A stretch of DNA of 64,000 nucleotides, taken from NCBI RefSeq assembly GCF_009834535.1, contig NC_045697.1, forward strand, positions 41,480,001 to 41,544,000, given 5' to 3'. Of the stretch, positions 38,006 through 50,410 are shown one piece after another. Every line of letters begins with the position of its first letter. Positions within the stretch are counted from its first letter, which is position 1. The stretch is from Camelus ferus (lineage: Eukaryota). The notes beneath the pieces were generated by a model, which had not been told where the DNA came from, did not search any database, and saw only the letters and a program-made list of their open reading frames with translations. The position numbers and the translations under genes were made by a program.

Positions 38006-39839
38006 ACTAGAAAAAGATGACGTTAAACTCATTCTAAAGCAGGACTGCTCTTCTTTCAACCTAGCAAACTAAAGAGAGCTAAACTAATAGCTGCAAGCTT
38101 CTGTCAATCTACTTTTCCTTTCAAAATAATTAGAGAATAGTTCTCTAAGTTTTTATTCCTCAAAAGTACAGTGAACACCTAACTCACAAGGGATGAATAA
38201 TCCTTTGTTTTTAATATTTCCAAATACTTGAAACTTGGACCCTTTAGGTAATGACATTTTGACTCATTAATTTTTTATAGAAATATATCCATTTTTTATT
38301 GACATCTTAAGTAGAGGACATGAAATAGGTTTTAGATTTTGTTGGAGACTTAGTAATTTTATTCAATGTCGAGTACTGAAACCACAGACATAGTTGCCTT
38401 TGTAGAAGGGGAGAGAAGGAAATTTAGGGTAGATGGGCACATTGGTAGTGGCTTTCTTGACAAAACATCTCATGCCAACTTAGTTTTATGCACTGATACC
38501 TTTCTCACAAGAGGAGAGCAGCTTGACAGCGTGGGCAGGGAAATAATACTAGTGAGTTAGATAAAAACAGTTATGAGATCACAGACCCCACAGCCTTCTC
38601 TGAGTAGTTCCACTGCCCCTCCCACAGCCACATTATCTCCTTTGCTGAAGCTGTTCCCATCCTTTGACTTGTCAGTCCCTGTTCAAAACTCATCTATTAT
38701 TGCTACGCCACAAACACAGTTGATCCCAGGCATCTCCTCATTCATTCACTCAAATGCTTTTCCCTCCAAGATATTGTTGACAGAATTAAATGAGGATTGT
38801 GCTTTGACATTTTAAGAATTGTGCCAGAGATGTGGAAGAAGGATTATATTTTCTTAATAATCATGGAATCAGTATCATATTACACTTTTTTTGGACACCA
38901 GTCAGTTGCACATGTTTCTGTATATTCCGCTAAACATTTTATTAGAAATAGAATACAGGACACCACTTAAATAAGAATTAAAACTTTAATAATTAGGAAA
39001 TATTGAAAAGCTTGAAATGTTCTTGATTAATTGGCCAACTTCCTTATACACACTCTTCAGAATCAACAACCCTGTGAAATCTGAGAAGTAAGTGTCTCTC
39101 TCCATGGGATCTATTAGTGAAATGACACTGTGGCTTAGGAAGATTTGAAAAAAAGGTCTGACGTAACGGTGGTCTTCCCTGAGGGAAGCACGATTACCTG
39201 AAGTTTTTTTTTTTTTTTCACTGTAAGTATAAAAATTTATAAAATTAGTAAGAAAGAAATTATATGATTATGCATGTATTTATTTATATTTGACTCCCAG
39301 CTATTTTATTTTAAAAGAACTTGTAGCATTAACCCTTGAAATTTTGTTTTTCTTTCTCCTGCTTTCACCAAAGGGCATTTGGTTCCTTGGAATCTTTTCA
39401 GTTTGGAAGTTGGCAAGTACCAGTGCACAGGAATATCACATAGAAGATAGCCAGTCTGGAGAAATGAATTATCTGAAAAAAGAAAAATTTATGCTGAAAT
39501 GTTATCATTTACAATTTTTTTATCCCAGCATCTAGCCTTCCAGTGTCATGTCTCAGTTTGAAATGCCAAAGCTAGATGCATTTCTTTAAAAAAATATGTG
39601 TGTAGCTCAGTTGACTGCCTTTGCTCAAATAAAACCTTGTGCTTTATCTGTAACTATTGGGCCAGCAATGAGGTGTGCGTAGATGTTTTCACTGAGAACC
39701 ATTCATCAGAACATCACATTCTTCTCCGGCATGGGACAGTGTGATATGTAATGCGGCTACCTAGAATTGGCTAAGGATCTTTAAATCACCTCAGCCGTTG
39801 CTTTTTTGAAGTACTGATTTCACCCAGATAGGTCATAAA

Positions 39840-39942
39840 CACTGCTAGATTGAATTCTATAAGGGAGAGGCTGTGTTCTTTTGCTTATTGTATCCCCAGT
39901 GCCTAACATTGTGCTGAGATGTCAACAAATATTCAGTGAAAA
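39840..39942 (+). mobile_element. L2 3' tail
   Basis: 'ttgcttattgtatccccagtgcctaaca...caacaaatattcagtgaa'. Confidence 0.7.
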
Positions 39943-40404
39943 AATGACTTAAGTCCCAGACTTTTTCTGATATTGTGTTCCCCATCACGCACAGGTGAAA
40001 TCTGGGCCAGTTCTCCAGCTGTCTGGGCCCCCACTTCACTGTGGCCAGTCCTCGTCAGCAGCTCTCGGTGCAGTGGGTCACCTGCTACCACGGTCCCCTC
40101 TCCCAGGTTTCCTTTTCTCTTACCCAGGTTCCCTTTGCTGGTTTCTCCTTCTCATGACTTTGAAATGTTGAAGTACTCTGTAGCTTAATCATCATAATTT
40201 TGACTCTCTGGTGTTTCCCCAAAGCATTGCTGTGATCAACTGTCCTGCAGCCGGTAAAATGCAGCCCATTTCTCGGTTTAGAAAAAAGTTGAATAATCTG
40301 AAACCATACGAAATTTTAGATTAAAATGTTTAATAGTGAAAAGCATGCAATTTCCCACATGATGAAAAGTGCGGAGTTTGACAACATTAAGGCAGCAAAT
40401 GCAG

Positions 40405-40570
40405 AGTTTAGAATCTTAGATTTTGTAGAATTTGACACTAGTGATCATCTAGTCTGATGCTTTATTTTATTCATGCTGAAGCTGAGGATCTGAACTTGGG
40501 AGGTGGCAAAACTCAAGCTAGAATTGGGCTCTCTGGGTCACCACAGTCTGGTTCTTTCCTCACTGTGCCA
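40405..40570 (-). mobile_element. MIR3/MIR fragment
   Basis: 'ctagtgatcatctagtctgatgc...gaagctgagg...tctttcctcactgtgcca'. Confidence 0.55.
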
Positions 40571-41864
40571 TTTTTCCATCCTTATTTGAGTCCCTGATCT
40601 TGGTGATCACATCTCCGGTGGTAACCTCAAAAGCCTGTATGTATCCAACCTCTTCATCCTATTGTGTTTTGTCATGTTAGATTTTCTTTTCTGCATATTT
40701 GAAGCCTCAGTGATCCAGTTCAGTGAGTCATACTTTTTATCACAAGAGTATGAACGATGCAGACACAGAGATCCAATTTTTAGATAAATTCCAAGGTATA
40801 GCTTGATTCTAGATATCATTAACATTATTGAATTATTTTTGGTAGTGATTAGTCTTTTTTTAAAGGAGTTAGGCAAATTTATACAGTAGTGTGCAATTTA
40901 TGGATTAATGGGAATAATTTTAATGTAAGCGTTTAAACGGTGAAAACTGCATTGTGCCTAAAACATTTAGGGACAATAAAAATAACTTGACTCTCTTAAG
41001 ATTTTTAGAACACCTGATGTTTAGAAATGTAGACTAAACCATTACTCACGACTCTTTTTTTAAAAGAGTAGCAGCTGTGTTTCTTATCTGGTGATGAATA
41101 TTCTTAAGATTACCATATGGAAAAGGGTAAGGATATATTTAGATAGTATGTAGAGTTCGTATGGCTCATTTCTGGTTAAAAAAAAAAAACCCACAACACA
41201 GAAAAGCAAAAACCAGAAAGTTTGTGGATAAGACATTTTGATAGAAATACTTCAGATTAATAGATAGCTTAGGAAACAAAACTAGAATCACTCTAATACA
41301 AGTTTCAGTGTTTTTGTTTACCTATGACAAGCAGAGATAACATTTTAAAAATGTTTTTGTTGATTGCTTATAAAGGGGAAATACTGGATTTATTGGTTTA
41401 TAATCCTAGAAAATGGATTTTGCTCTTTGAAGCTTTCCCTGATGATCCTTTTTCCTCACCCAGCTGGGTTAGTGCTCCTCCATTGTCCTACAACACCTGG
41501 AGCAGATCATAGTACTTTCCTCATTGAATTGAAATGGCGTGTCTTTATTCTTGTCTTTCCTGAATGCAACTCAAGGTCCCTGAAGGCAGATCTGATTCTA
41601 TATTTCTGTAACAGTGAGGTCTGCCAGACAAGCTCTAACTCGCTCTCCATTCGTCAAGTTTCCAGATCCTGTTGGTTCAGGCTTTAAATTTCTTTCCCAT
41701 CAGTCTTCAGTGACACTGAAAAGTATCATCAGCAAACCAACAGAGTTACTCTGCCTAAGGCTACTCTTAGGTAGGTAGGTAGAAGGGGAACAGGCTCTAG
41801 AGATGACAGCCTTCCTCCCCACCCCATCTATCACTTGCCTAAGGAATTCCACAGCACCCTCATT

Positions 41865-42190
41865 CAGCGCAGCCTTGAGGTTAAGAGCAAGAACTCTGGA
41901 GCCGGATGCCTGGATTTGAATCTCTGCTGGGCCATTTACTAACTGTGCCGCTTACTAGTTGTGTGCCTTTGGGCCAGTTTCTTCGCTTCTCTCCGCCTCA
42001 GTTTCTTCATCTGTAAAATAAGGCTAATAATAGATCCTAAGTCATTGGATAGCTATAAGAATGAAACTAAATGAGTTAGTATACGTATTTTAAATATATA
42101 TATATATATACACACACATATATATAGTGCTTAGAACAGTGCCTGGTACAGAGTAAGCCCTGCAAGTGTTAGTTGTTGTAATTGTTATTA
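41865..42190 (+). mobile_element. MIR SINE with internal (TA)n/(CA)n
   Basis: 'ggttaagagcaagaactctggagccggatgcctggatttgaatc...cctcagtttcttcatctgtaaaat...gtgcttagaacagtgcctggtacagagtaag'. Confidence 0.9.
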
Positions 42191-43069
42191 TTTGTTACTT
42201 TTCAGCAACACTGCCTCTCTAGGTAGTGATGGGAGGAGCAGTAACAGAATCTCTATGGGAATGAGGTGGTGAGGCCCTGTCACCAAAGCCCTGTAGAGAG
42301 ACACTGCTCTAGGCTGGAAGGCCAATACTGCCCAGGCCCTGAGCAAGTCAGCTGCAGATCCAAAGAGTGGGAGGAAATCCAGTTACGACCCACTGCGCTA
42401 TAGATCAAGGGATGCACACCGACAGCTGGCCGTGACTTGATCTGCTGGCCCACGCAATTCTTCAAAAGTCCATGTCACTATGCAGATGTTAGGTTTCTTT
42501 GAAATTCATGAATGGAACATCACTGAACTTATATAACCGCTTTCTTCAAATAAGAAAATTTCCTTGAGTTTTAAGTAAAAAACTGGAAAGAAATCTCAGT
42601 TTTTTTAGAAGATGCAAATTTTGTTGAATAGCCTTTAAAAGCAAAATTCCCTGATTTTGGTTAAAAATACCATCTCACTAGCTTTCTCTAATGCACTCAC
42701 TCCCATCTTCTAACATAAATGTCTATAAAAACAGAGGCAAATAAAAAAAGTCAACAGAAAAAAAAAACAAAAAACAAAGAGAGATTGGTAAATTTACTTT
42801 TGCTAGATTCCAAGGGACTTTCCGCTCGTTGTAAAACCATAGAAACTTGACTGGGAAAAGAAATGGCTAGGCCCTGTGGCAAGAAAGAAAAAATCTTGCT
42901 TTTCTGAAAGTAGGTATGAAGACCCTTGTTTCTTTGTCACTTCATACCCTGAACAGTCAAAGGCTGTTACCCATCTGTTATCCATCTGTTGTTCTCCACG
43001 CCCGCACAGACGCTGACTCTGTGTCTGAAACAATGAGCAAAACAGCAGCAGTAACATAGGTGGTGATGA

Positions 43070-43260
43070 TGGTCATTAGTAATACTCACCAAGCTCTTGC
43101 TATGCACAGGCTGCCGTTCAAAAGCCTCCTCACCACTGGTCTTTATTTAGGCATCACCACAGCCTGTCAGGCAGGTAGTATTACTCCTGTTACCTGAACG
43201 AGGATGCGGAAGGCAGTGCCTTGGAAGACCAAGTCGAGACGCGTTGCCAACATGCAGCGG
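43070..43260 (-). mobile_element. Diverged MIR
   Basis: 'aagctcttgctatgcacagg...ggcaggtagtattactcctgttac'. Confidence 0.5.
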
Positions 43261-43368
43261 GAAGGGACAATGAAACGACGACAGTGCAGCTGACAGATCT
43301 GGAAACCAGGGAACGGATCTCCAACCAACCCTTGGAATGGAAGTTGTTCAGAGGAGTAAATGAGAACT

Positions 43369-43868
43369 TGCTGCTGCAAAACTGGCATCTTGCACCCCTG
43401 AAAGCCGGATTGAGACTCGGGGTTAGAGTTTTGGGAGAAAAAGAACAGCTTGCGTTGCCAGGTAAAGGGGAGTCAGAGCAGGCTAATGCCTTAGAGATAC
43501 AGATTGTGAATCCATCTTCGAGTTGGGGCCTTCAAGTTTCATAGAAAAAAACTAGGTAGAACAGAAAAGATGATAACCACCAGGGTGCACTGCAGGGTAC
43601 TGCTGCATCCCCCTTAGCCTCGAGGAATCTTTCTGGAGTCACGGAGGAACTGCGAGGGTCTGTCCATTCTTCTGAGGTTATCGGGCCTCTACCTTCTTCC
43701 TGGAGCATAGCCTCTGGGTTAAAACAATTGTAAAGACCGTCAGGGAGAAGTTCAGGGATTACTTAGCACAAATGCAGTGAGGCAGAGAAAGCAAACTACA
43801 GGATTTCTTAGACAGAATCAGCAGACAGTTTCAGCATCAGGGAAGCCTTTTCCTTTCCTACCCCTTCA
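43369..43868 (-). mobile_element. ERV1-type solo LTR (cetartiodactyl lineage)
   Basis: TG...CA ends with 4-bp flanks aact/aaca. Internal 'agagttttgggagaaaaagaacagc...ttgccaggtaaagggg...ggctaatgcc' resembles artiodactyl ERV LTRs. Confidence 0.6.
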
Positions 43869-43929
43869 AACAGCTGATGTGAACGCAGCAGCCTTCCGGA
43901 GGGAATGCACGCACTGAGCACGCACAGCT

Positions 43930-44190
43930 CGCTGCTGGAGGAGCGGAGCGTCGCTGGAGGCAGGTGTTCTGGATTCAGGTTCTTCCTCTACTGCAGGAGG
44001 CGTGACCGTGCGCTTAGCCCCTCTGTGCTTGTTTCTTCATTTGTAAAATGGAGATGATGATGATAATATGTTCCTCAGACGGTTTTTATGAGGATTAGGT
44101 GAGTCTTACATGTAAAGTGGTACGTAGAACTGTGACCCACAGTAAGTCCCCAGTAAGTGATCGTGATTATGATCATTATTTTTATTATTG
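43930..44190 (+). mobile_element. MIR SINE
   Basis: 'cctctgtgcttgtttcttcatttgtaaaatggagatgatg...ttatgaggattaggtgag'. Confidence 0.75.
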
Positions 44191-45113
44191 AATGGGTGAG
44201 AAGAAAAGGGAGGAGAACTCATGGTCAGATAATTTTGAGAGTTCTAATTAACTGAATTTGTTTACAGCTTGTCTCCTCCTATGCTTACCTAGATTGTAAA
44301 ACTTCAAGAAAGGGATTTGCAGATTTATTTGACCACAGAACCTCCTCCTTCCTCCCCCTTTTTTCTCACGGAGTATATATAATGTCTTGTGGGACCCAGG
44401 TGTTATACAGACCACAATCTAGGAAATGTTCTTTATTTCTCCCCCACTGGACAGAAGAATAGAAAAACAGATGTGAAAATGTCTTTCACTGATGACCTGC
44501 TCTGCAAACAACTGGCCATCACAGGCCTTTTTAGCTTTACAAAGCACCATGAATACACCTCTTTCTCCACTGTACAAGACCATATATCCAGGCACTCAAA
44601 CCTTGTGATCACTCACTCTTGACAACGATATCACCTTTAACATTGAAAGTTTTCTCAGCATTTTTACAGAATGTTGTAAAAAATGAATTTAAATTGACAT
44701 GACTCCAGTCATCTCCAATTTGGAGATTTATTTTATCATATTGTAATTCCCTCAACATGTTTGTGCTTCATTGTCTTATTTCCATGTCAAAAGGACACTC
44801 TTGTATGTTGGAATTACATTTCTCTGGTGCATCCTACTTTGGTATTAACATAAAAACACATTATTCAGAAGTTCATTTTATTTTTTCCCTCAGAACTGCT
44901 GATAGCTTATATTGATCACTTTATGTTTTATTTAATGTTTCTGCACTGACGGCGTATCCTACATGGCTTTCCAGAACTGGGCAGGAGTTTATTCAGAGAG
45001 AAGTTAGCTAGCTTCTATAGGAATTATTCCCACTGTACCCCGTTACTGCTAATCTGGGTTGGAGAAATATAATTAGAAATGAAATCTCCTGCCATTCCAG
45101 TGAATCTTCTCTA

Positions 45114-45683
45114 TGTAGAAAAGAAGGAAAAAGTTCTGTTATTGAATAAACATTGTCAAGCTGAAGATGCACATCACAGGCAGTCTGCTAAGGAGATTGC
45201 AAAGGGAGACAGGAATCTCACCCTGTTACATAGCTAGGCAGATACAATCCATTACATACACGTTAATTGTCTTCAACAAAAGTGAAACCCAAAACAACTT
45301 GTAACTTTATGACAAGCAGCAAGTCACATCGTGAAGACAAGCAGCAAGTCACATCGTGAAGACAAGTAGCAAGTCACATCGTGAAGCCAAGCACCTAGGC
45401 TTAAATTTCCACAGAGACAGGGAGGCAAGTGCCATCCATCCTCCTGGAAGTTCAGATTTTAAAGAAATGACTCTGAGGGCTCCAAGAAATACAACCCCAG
45501 GATGCAGAATTGACACAAGGCTTATTAAGCTTTTACAAAGATCTATACACATCTCTTTTAAGCAGTTCCAATTTCAAGTTTTCTAAGGAAAATGCTAAAG
45601 GGAGGGGGAAGAGTACTCATTCTTTTTGGCACTAGGGAAAATTTAAAATAAAGTGTTTCTTTAGATCTATATTTACCATTGCA
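45114..45683 (-). mobile_element. ERV1 solo LTR (MER34/MER39-like)
   Basis: TG...CA termini; internal 'cacatcacaggcagtctgctaaggagattgcaaag', 'tagctaggcagatacaatccattacatac' and 'agttcagattttaaagaaatgactc'. Confidence 0.65.
45311..45393. repeat. 25-bp minisatellite, 3.3 copies
   Basis: gacaagcagcaagtcacatcgtgaa x2, then gacaagtagcaagtcacatcgtgaa, then partial gccaagca; head-to-tail with no spacers. Confidence 0.95.
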
Positions 45684-47062
45684 ATCTCCCATGTTTGGTA
45701 CTATTTTATAGTTGTGCTACAGTTTTTAAAGGATCTTCATTACTGTTTCTACTTTTTCTGAGCAGTTTGCAGTTGTATAAATATCTAGCAAGTCTATAGT
45801 AAAATACCAAACTAAGCAACTATCGGAATTACAATAGGCTAAATTAAAAAAATACAGTATTCACCTTGAGAGAATATCTATAAATCTATCACGCTAATGT
45901 ATGATTCTTGATTAGACTTCTTAATTCTTGATTAGGAATGTTTACATTAAATTCACAAACTGTTGTGGAGACTGTTGCTTGTTCTTTCAAGTGATTGACT
46001 ACTTCAGTGTTATTTTATAGTTTTTGGTGAATCTTCCCCAATCGGAGCCTAAGGGGTTGTTTCATTCTGTAATCTCATAGTCGAAATTTTTAATTAAGAG
46101 TTTTTCTTGTAAGGCCAGTGAATTTGTTTAGAGTTCTTGTCAATCACATAGGTAACACTGCATTTACGTGGTGATCTAGGCCCTTCAGTAATTATTCCAT
46201 CTTCTCAAATAATTTTTCCCACATGCAAAACACAAAGATACCCATGGCCATTCTCTAGCATCAGCGTCTTCTTATGAGGTACCCATAGAAGGGTATAGAT
46301 TGAATTTTAGATGTTTAGTGTAAAATGAATTGTCTTGAGAACAAACCCAAACTATGGGCCATTTTTGGACCAGTCCAACCAATAGGTATTGTCACAGCAG
46401 TCAATTAAATCCCCATGAATAATAGGCATCCACCTCTGTTTACTATCTGTACTGGGACTGGAGAGAACTTGCATGATAGGCAATTGAGACATGGCTGAAA
46501 AACTGTCTCTTTTCTCAAGGAGCCTACATTCCAATGAGATTTCCTCTCCCTTTAACTTATCATCTCAAACACCAACTCAACAAACTTCATTTCTTTTCGA
46601 TCAAAGTGTGAGTTGAGGACATTTTCAGAAGCAAGACTTAGGGGCATCTCTCCTCCCAGACTTTAGGAATTGGGTCATTGAATAACAGTATCCGGGCATA
46701 CACACAGCGTGTTTGTTGTCATCTGAAAACAATCAAAACTAACATTTTTAAACTTAAGCAGCAAAGGGCTTTGTTGGAAGAGCATGTGATGGTTCACAGA
46801 GCAGCAGGAGCTTTGGAAATCCAGGGTGGGAAGATGGCCAGGAAACCAAAAAGGTAGGCATTTGAGCACGTAGCCTGATTTCTCCCTGGGGAGAGTCTGT
46901 GTGGAATGCCTGGGCTGGGAACCTTCTGCCCTTTTCCATGTTATGCTTTCAGGAGTCAAAATTCCAGTAGAAATATTTGATTAGATGAGCCAGCTTCCAG
47001 TAATGTCAGCTTCATTATAGCAGAGGAGTAAAAGGAGGGAAAGAGTTATTCCATTTTGCTTT

Positions 47063-48141
47063 TGTTGGGGAGAAAGAATTTTCCTCTACTCTTCAAGGCT
47101 TCTTTTGACTGGTCTAATCATCAGGTTGGCATGAGGCAGATTAACAAGAGAAAAACAAATTTCATTTTGTATGTGCAGGAATCCCACATACATAAGGGAC
47201 TCAAAGACAGGGTAAAATGGAGTATATATATGCCATCCTGAGCTGAGGAGTGAGAAGAGGGACTGGGGCTTCAATTGGAAGAAGGGCCATTTACAGGACA
47301 GTGAGAAGAAGTGCAGGTATTTGGTAATGAGATGTTTGCTCTGCCATGCAGATGGGTCACTCAGATAAAAAAAATTTTTTTTTTCATGCTGTACACCAGA
47401 AACTAACATAACATTGCAAATCAGCTATACTTCAATTAAAAAAAAGAATTAGTATGAAACAAATATGAAATATTTATGAAATAAAATTATTATAGCACCA
47501 AAATAGAAAGAAATTTTACCCTACCTGGCAACAGTAGATGGAGATGTGGTGTGGGTTGCAGTGCTGGGTGTGTATTTGTGGTAGGCTAGAGGAGGAAGGG
47601 CGTATGACTTGGTTTTGGTTATTAGCTTTGTTCCTAGGAATAGAATAGACGTTCAGTAATTGTTTTTCAAATCAAAGCATTTCTGAGAGCATTCCCTAGA
47701 GCCAGTCCTCTAAAATGCAGATCTGACCATTCTATTCTAACATTTTTGTTCTCAAAACCCTTCACTCCTTCAAGTGGGTTCTAATTGTTGCTAGGATAAA
47801 GGCCACATTACATATGCTGCTTACAATGTTCTATGTGACTTAGTTTTTTTTTTTTTCCTTTAGTTTTCTCTCACTCAGTGCCACCTTTCACTCTGCGTTT
47901 CAGACATCTTAAATAACTTGTGGTTTCTGTCTGTAATTAAGGTCCCTAGTCTCACTCAGATAAAATTTATCTCTGGTAATAATATTAATTCTGGGAAAGA
48001 CCTCCAATTTAAATTCTTCTAGGTAGTTAAGGGAAGGACAGAAGTTTCTCTTGAATCAGCAGGGTCTGGATTTCCTTTAGTTCAAAACAATGTACATGCC
48101 AAGGTGGTACATTTTGGGGAGGCTCGTTCTGAACCCCTTCA
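47063..48141 (-). mobile_element. ERV1 solo LTR (MER34-like) split by a retroposed insert
   Basis: Minus strand starts TGAAGGGGTTCAGAAC and ends CCCCAACA, with 4-bp flanks cttt/gttt. The LTR halves rejoin at the duplicated tcactcagataaaattt. Confidence 0.8.
47375..47951 (-). other. L1-machinery retroposed non-coding insert (poly(A) + TSD)
   Basis: T10 tract at 47375-47384. TSD tcactcagataaaa(aaaa)ttt at 47357-47377 and 47952-47968. The body contains a short L1 tail and L2-like sequence. Confidence 0.7.
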
Positions 48142-48199
48142 GTTTGTAGAGTGGGAGAGAGCACTGTGCTTCCAAACTGTTTTGACATTTCTGTCAAAC

Positions 48200-48400
48200 G
48201 GCGCTGACTTTTACATGCACTGTTCTAAGTGCTTTGCATACATTCATTTATTTTTACAACAACTCTTTTTGGCAATATTATTCTTCCCATCTGTACAACA
48301 AAGCAACTGGGCACAGGAAGTTAATTTATTTGCCTCAAGTCATGCAATAAATGGTAGAGATGGAATCTGAAGCTTGGCACTCAGGTTACAGAATGTGTCC
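48200..48400 (-). mobile_element. MIR SINE
   Basis: 'gcactgttctaagtgctttgcatacattcatttatt...aactgggcacaggaagttaatttatttgcc'. Confidence 0.75.
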
Positions 48401-48594
48401 TTCTCCAGCTTGCTCAGTCTTGCCAAAGATGAGTGTTCAGAGACTTAGCATTAAAAAAAAGAAAAGAAAAGAAAAAGAGAACGTGACGAGTCAAATCAAC
48501 AATCATCAAATCAACAAGCAAATGTTTCTTCTGTTTGATGATAAAATATGGGATTTCCATTTTCTCTTTATTTTGTATATTGTAAATTCATGTA

Positions 48595-49140
48595 TTTTTT
48601 AAACTTGTAATTTTGATGTAATGTTAGATTTACAGAAGATTTGCAAAAATAGTTCAGAAAGTTCCCAATATAGTCTTCACTCAGCTTCCCTAAAGTTAAA
48701 ACACTTCGCATAATGGTGGTATAATGAACAAAGCAAAGAAATTAACACTGCTGCTTCACTCTTAACAAGCTGCAGACTTTAATCCTGTTTCCTCAGTGTT
48801 GTTTCTCTGTTCCAAGAGCCAATCCAGAGTCCTACATGGCATTTACTTACCATGGCTCTTTAGTCACCTCCAATCTCTGCGAGTTCCTGCCAGTTCCTTT
48901 GTCTTTTTTTTTTTTTTTTTTTTTTTTTGTCTCCTGTGACTTTGATACTTTAGATGAATAATGGTCAAGTATTTTGTAGAACACTTTCAGTTGGAGCTTG
49001 GTAACCTTTCTTATGAGTAAATTGAGGTTGTGAATTTGGAGGAAGAAGGCCCTTTTTAGTGCTTTTTACCAGGGACTCTGTCGTATCAACGTGTCATATT
49101 ATTAGTGATGTTAACATTGATCACTCGATTAAGATGACTA
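48595..49140 (-). mobile_element. Old L1 3' end (L1MC-like) with internal poly(T) at 48904-48928
   Basis: 'ttagatttacagaagatttgcaaaaatagttcagaaagttccc...tcactcagcttccc...tagtgatgttaacattgatcact'. Confidence 0.75.
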
Positions 49141-49265
49141 TGTTTAATTTTTAATCATACTTTTCTTTTAATAAATTATTAAGTTAACTTTTTTTTTCTT
49201 CCTGAAACTTTAATTGGGTTAACATTTCTAGTATTTAGTAAATTTTGTTTATTTTTTATTTGCAG

Positions 49266-50410
49266 GTTTTATTATATTGCAAAACCTCTAATTCATATCG
49301 ATTCCTGTATCACATATAACTCATTCTTGCCTTTCAGTGTCTAAGTTTCTGTGATTTGGAACATAATCTGTTCCTTAAACTACACATAACTGAATGCTCC
49401 ATCTGTGTAATAAGCTAAGTGAAAGATGAGCAGTCCACTATGTCCATATTTTGGAGTAGTCGCCATAGCCAAAGGCAATCCTTATTCTAAGACAAAATGT
49501 AGTACCACACTAGGGAGTTAGTGAATTATAGTCAATTCTGTCCGTTTAATGAGTATCCAGGCCATTTCTTTTGCTGTTCTTGAAAGCTACATTTGTTAGT
49601 AAGGCCTTCAGGCCAATTTGGCTATTAGCCTGGGTTTTATGATACTATGAATAGCTCATTTGAAACAACATTCCATATGTAAAACTGTACATCTGTCTTT
49701 TGATATGAGTAAAACATGTGCCAAAATAGTGACGTTGACAAATTATTCTTAAAGAAAACTATTTGTAATCATCCCTGTGTAAGCCCATGATCTTTTGTCA
49801 TTTGTATGTTTTGCATATAACTGAAGTACCTATTTAAAAACCGTCGTAATTTTAATACTTTTGTGTTTCATTTACATAATAAATTTATATATACATATAT
49901 ATCCTTTTTTTCTTAGATTAGAGATCCAATCTGTAAGCCCTCCTTAATTTTTTGCAATCTTTGGAGTAGTATTATGTGTTGCTCGTGTGTGTTTGTCTCC
50001 ACTTCAAAATAGTAACATCTGCTCCAGGCCTCCAACAGATAGTGACAATTTTTAATGTTTGGTAAATTCTTTGTTAACAAAATTAAATTTAGAAGAGTGA
50101 TAGTGAAGGCGTGGCTAAAGGTAGAAAAAAATAAAATTATAGACTCATTATAAGCCAGTATTTAGTATGCTACAGTTTTAGCAATGCTCTTGTATTTATC
50201 AACTTGGAACATGGTGATACTGGTTACTTAGCGTTCTTGTGTACTTTGCTTTTGCAAAAAAAAAAGTTAGCATTTTAAAAAGTTATGCTCTGTTTAGCCA
50301 TCTAGTCACACAAACATTAGCTTTTATCTCAATGCTTAGGATGCTTAGGTATTTTTAAAAGCATCGTAGTAATCTTAGTATTAAATTTGTTATATGATTG
50401 CTTTTGAACA
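49266..50410 (+). other. Candidate terminal exon / 3' UTR
   Basis: Two good acceptors (ttttttatttgcag| at 49265 and tcattcttgcctttcag| at 49337), early stops in all frames, ~1.2 kb of repeat-free AU-rich sequence, and poly(A) signals at 49878, 50130 (AATAAA) and 50380 (ATTAAA, T-rich downstream). Confidence 0.3.

Noticed and set aside
45311..45393. CRISPR-like array
   Set aside because: Units are directly adjacent with no unique spacers, there are no cas genes, and the context is mammalian. It is a minisatellite.
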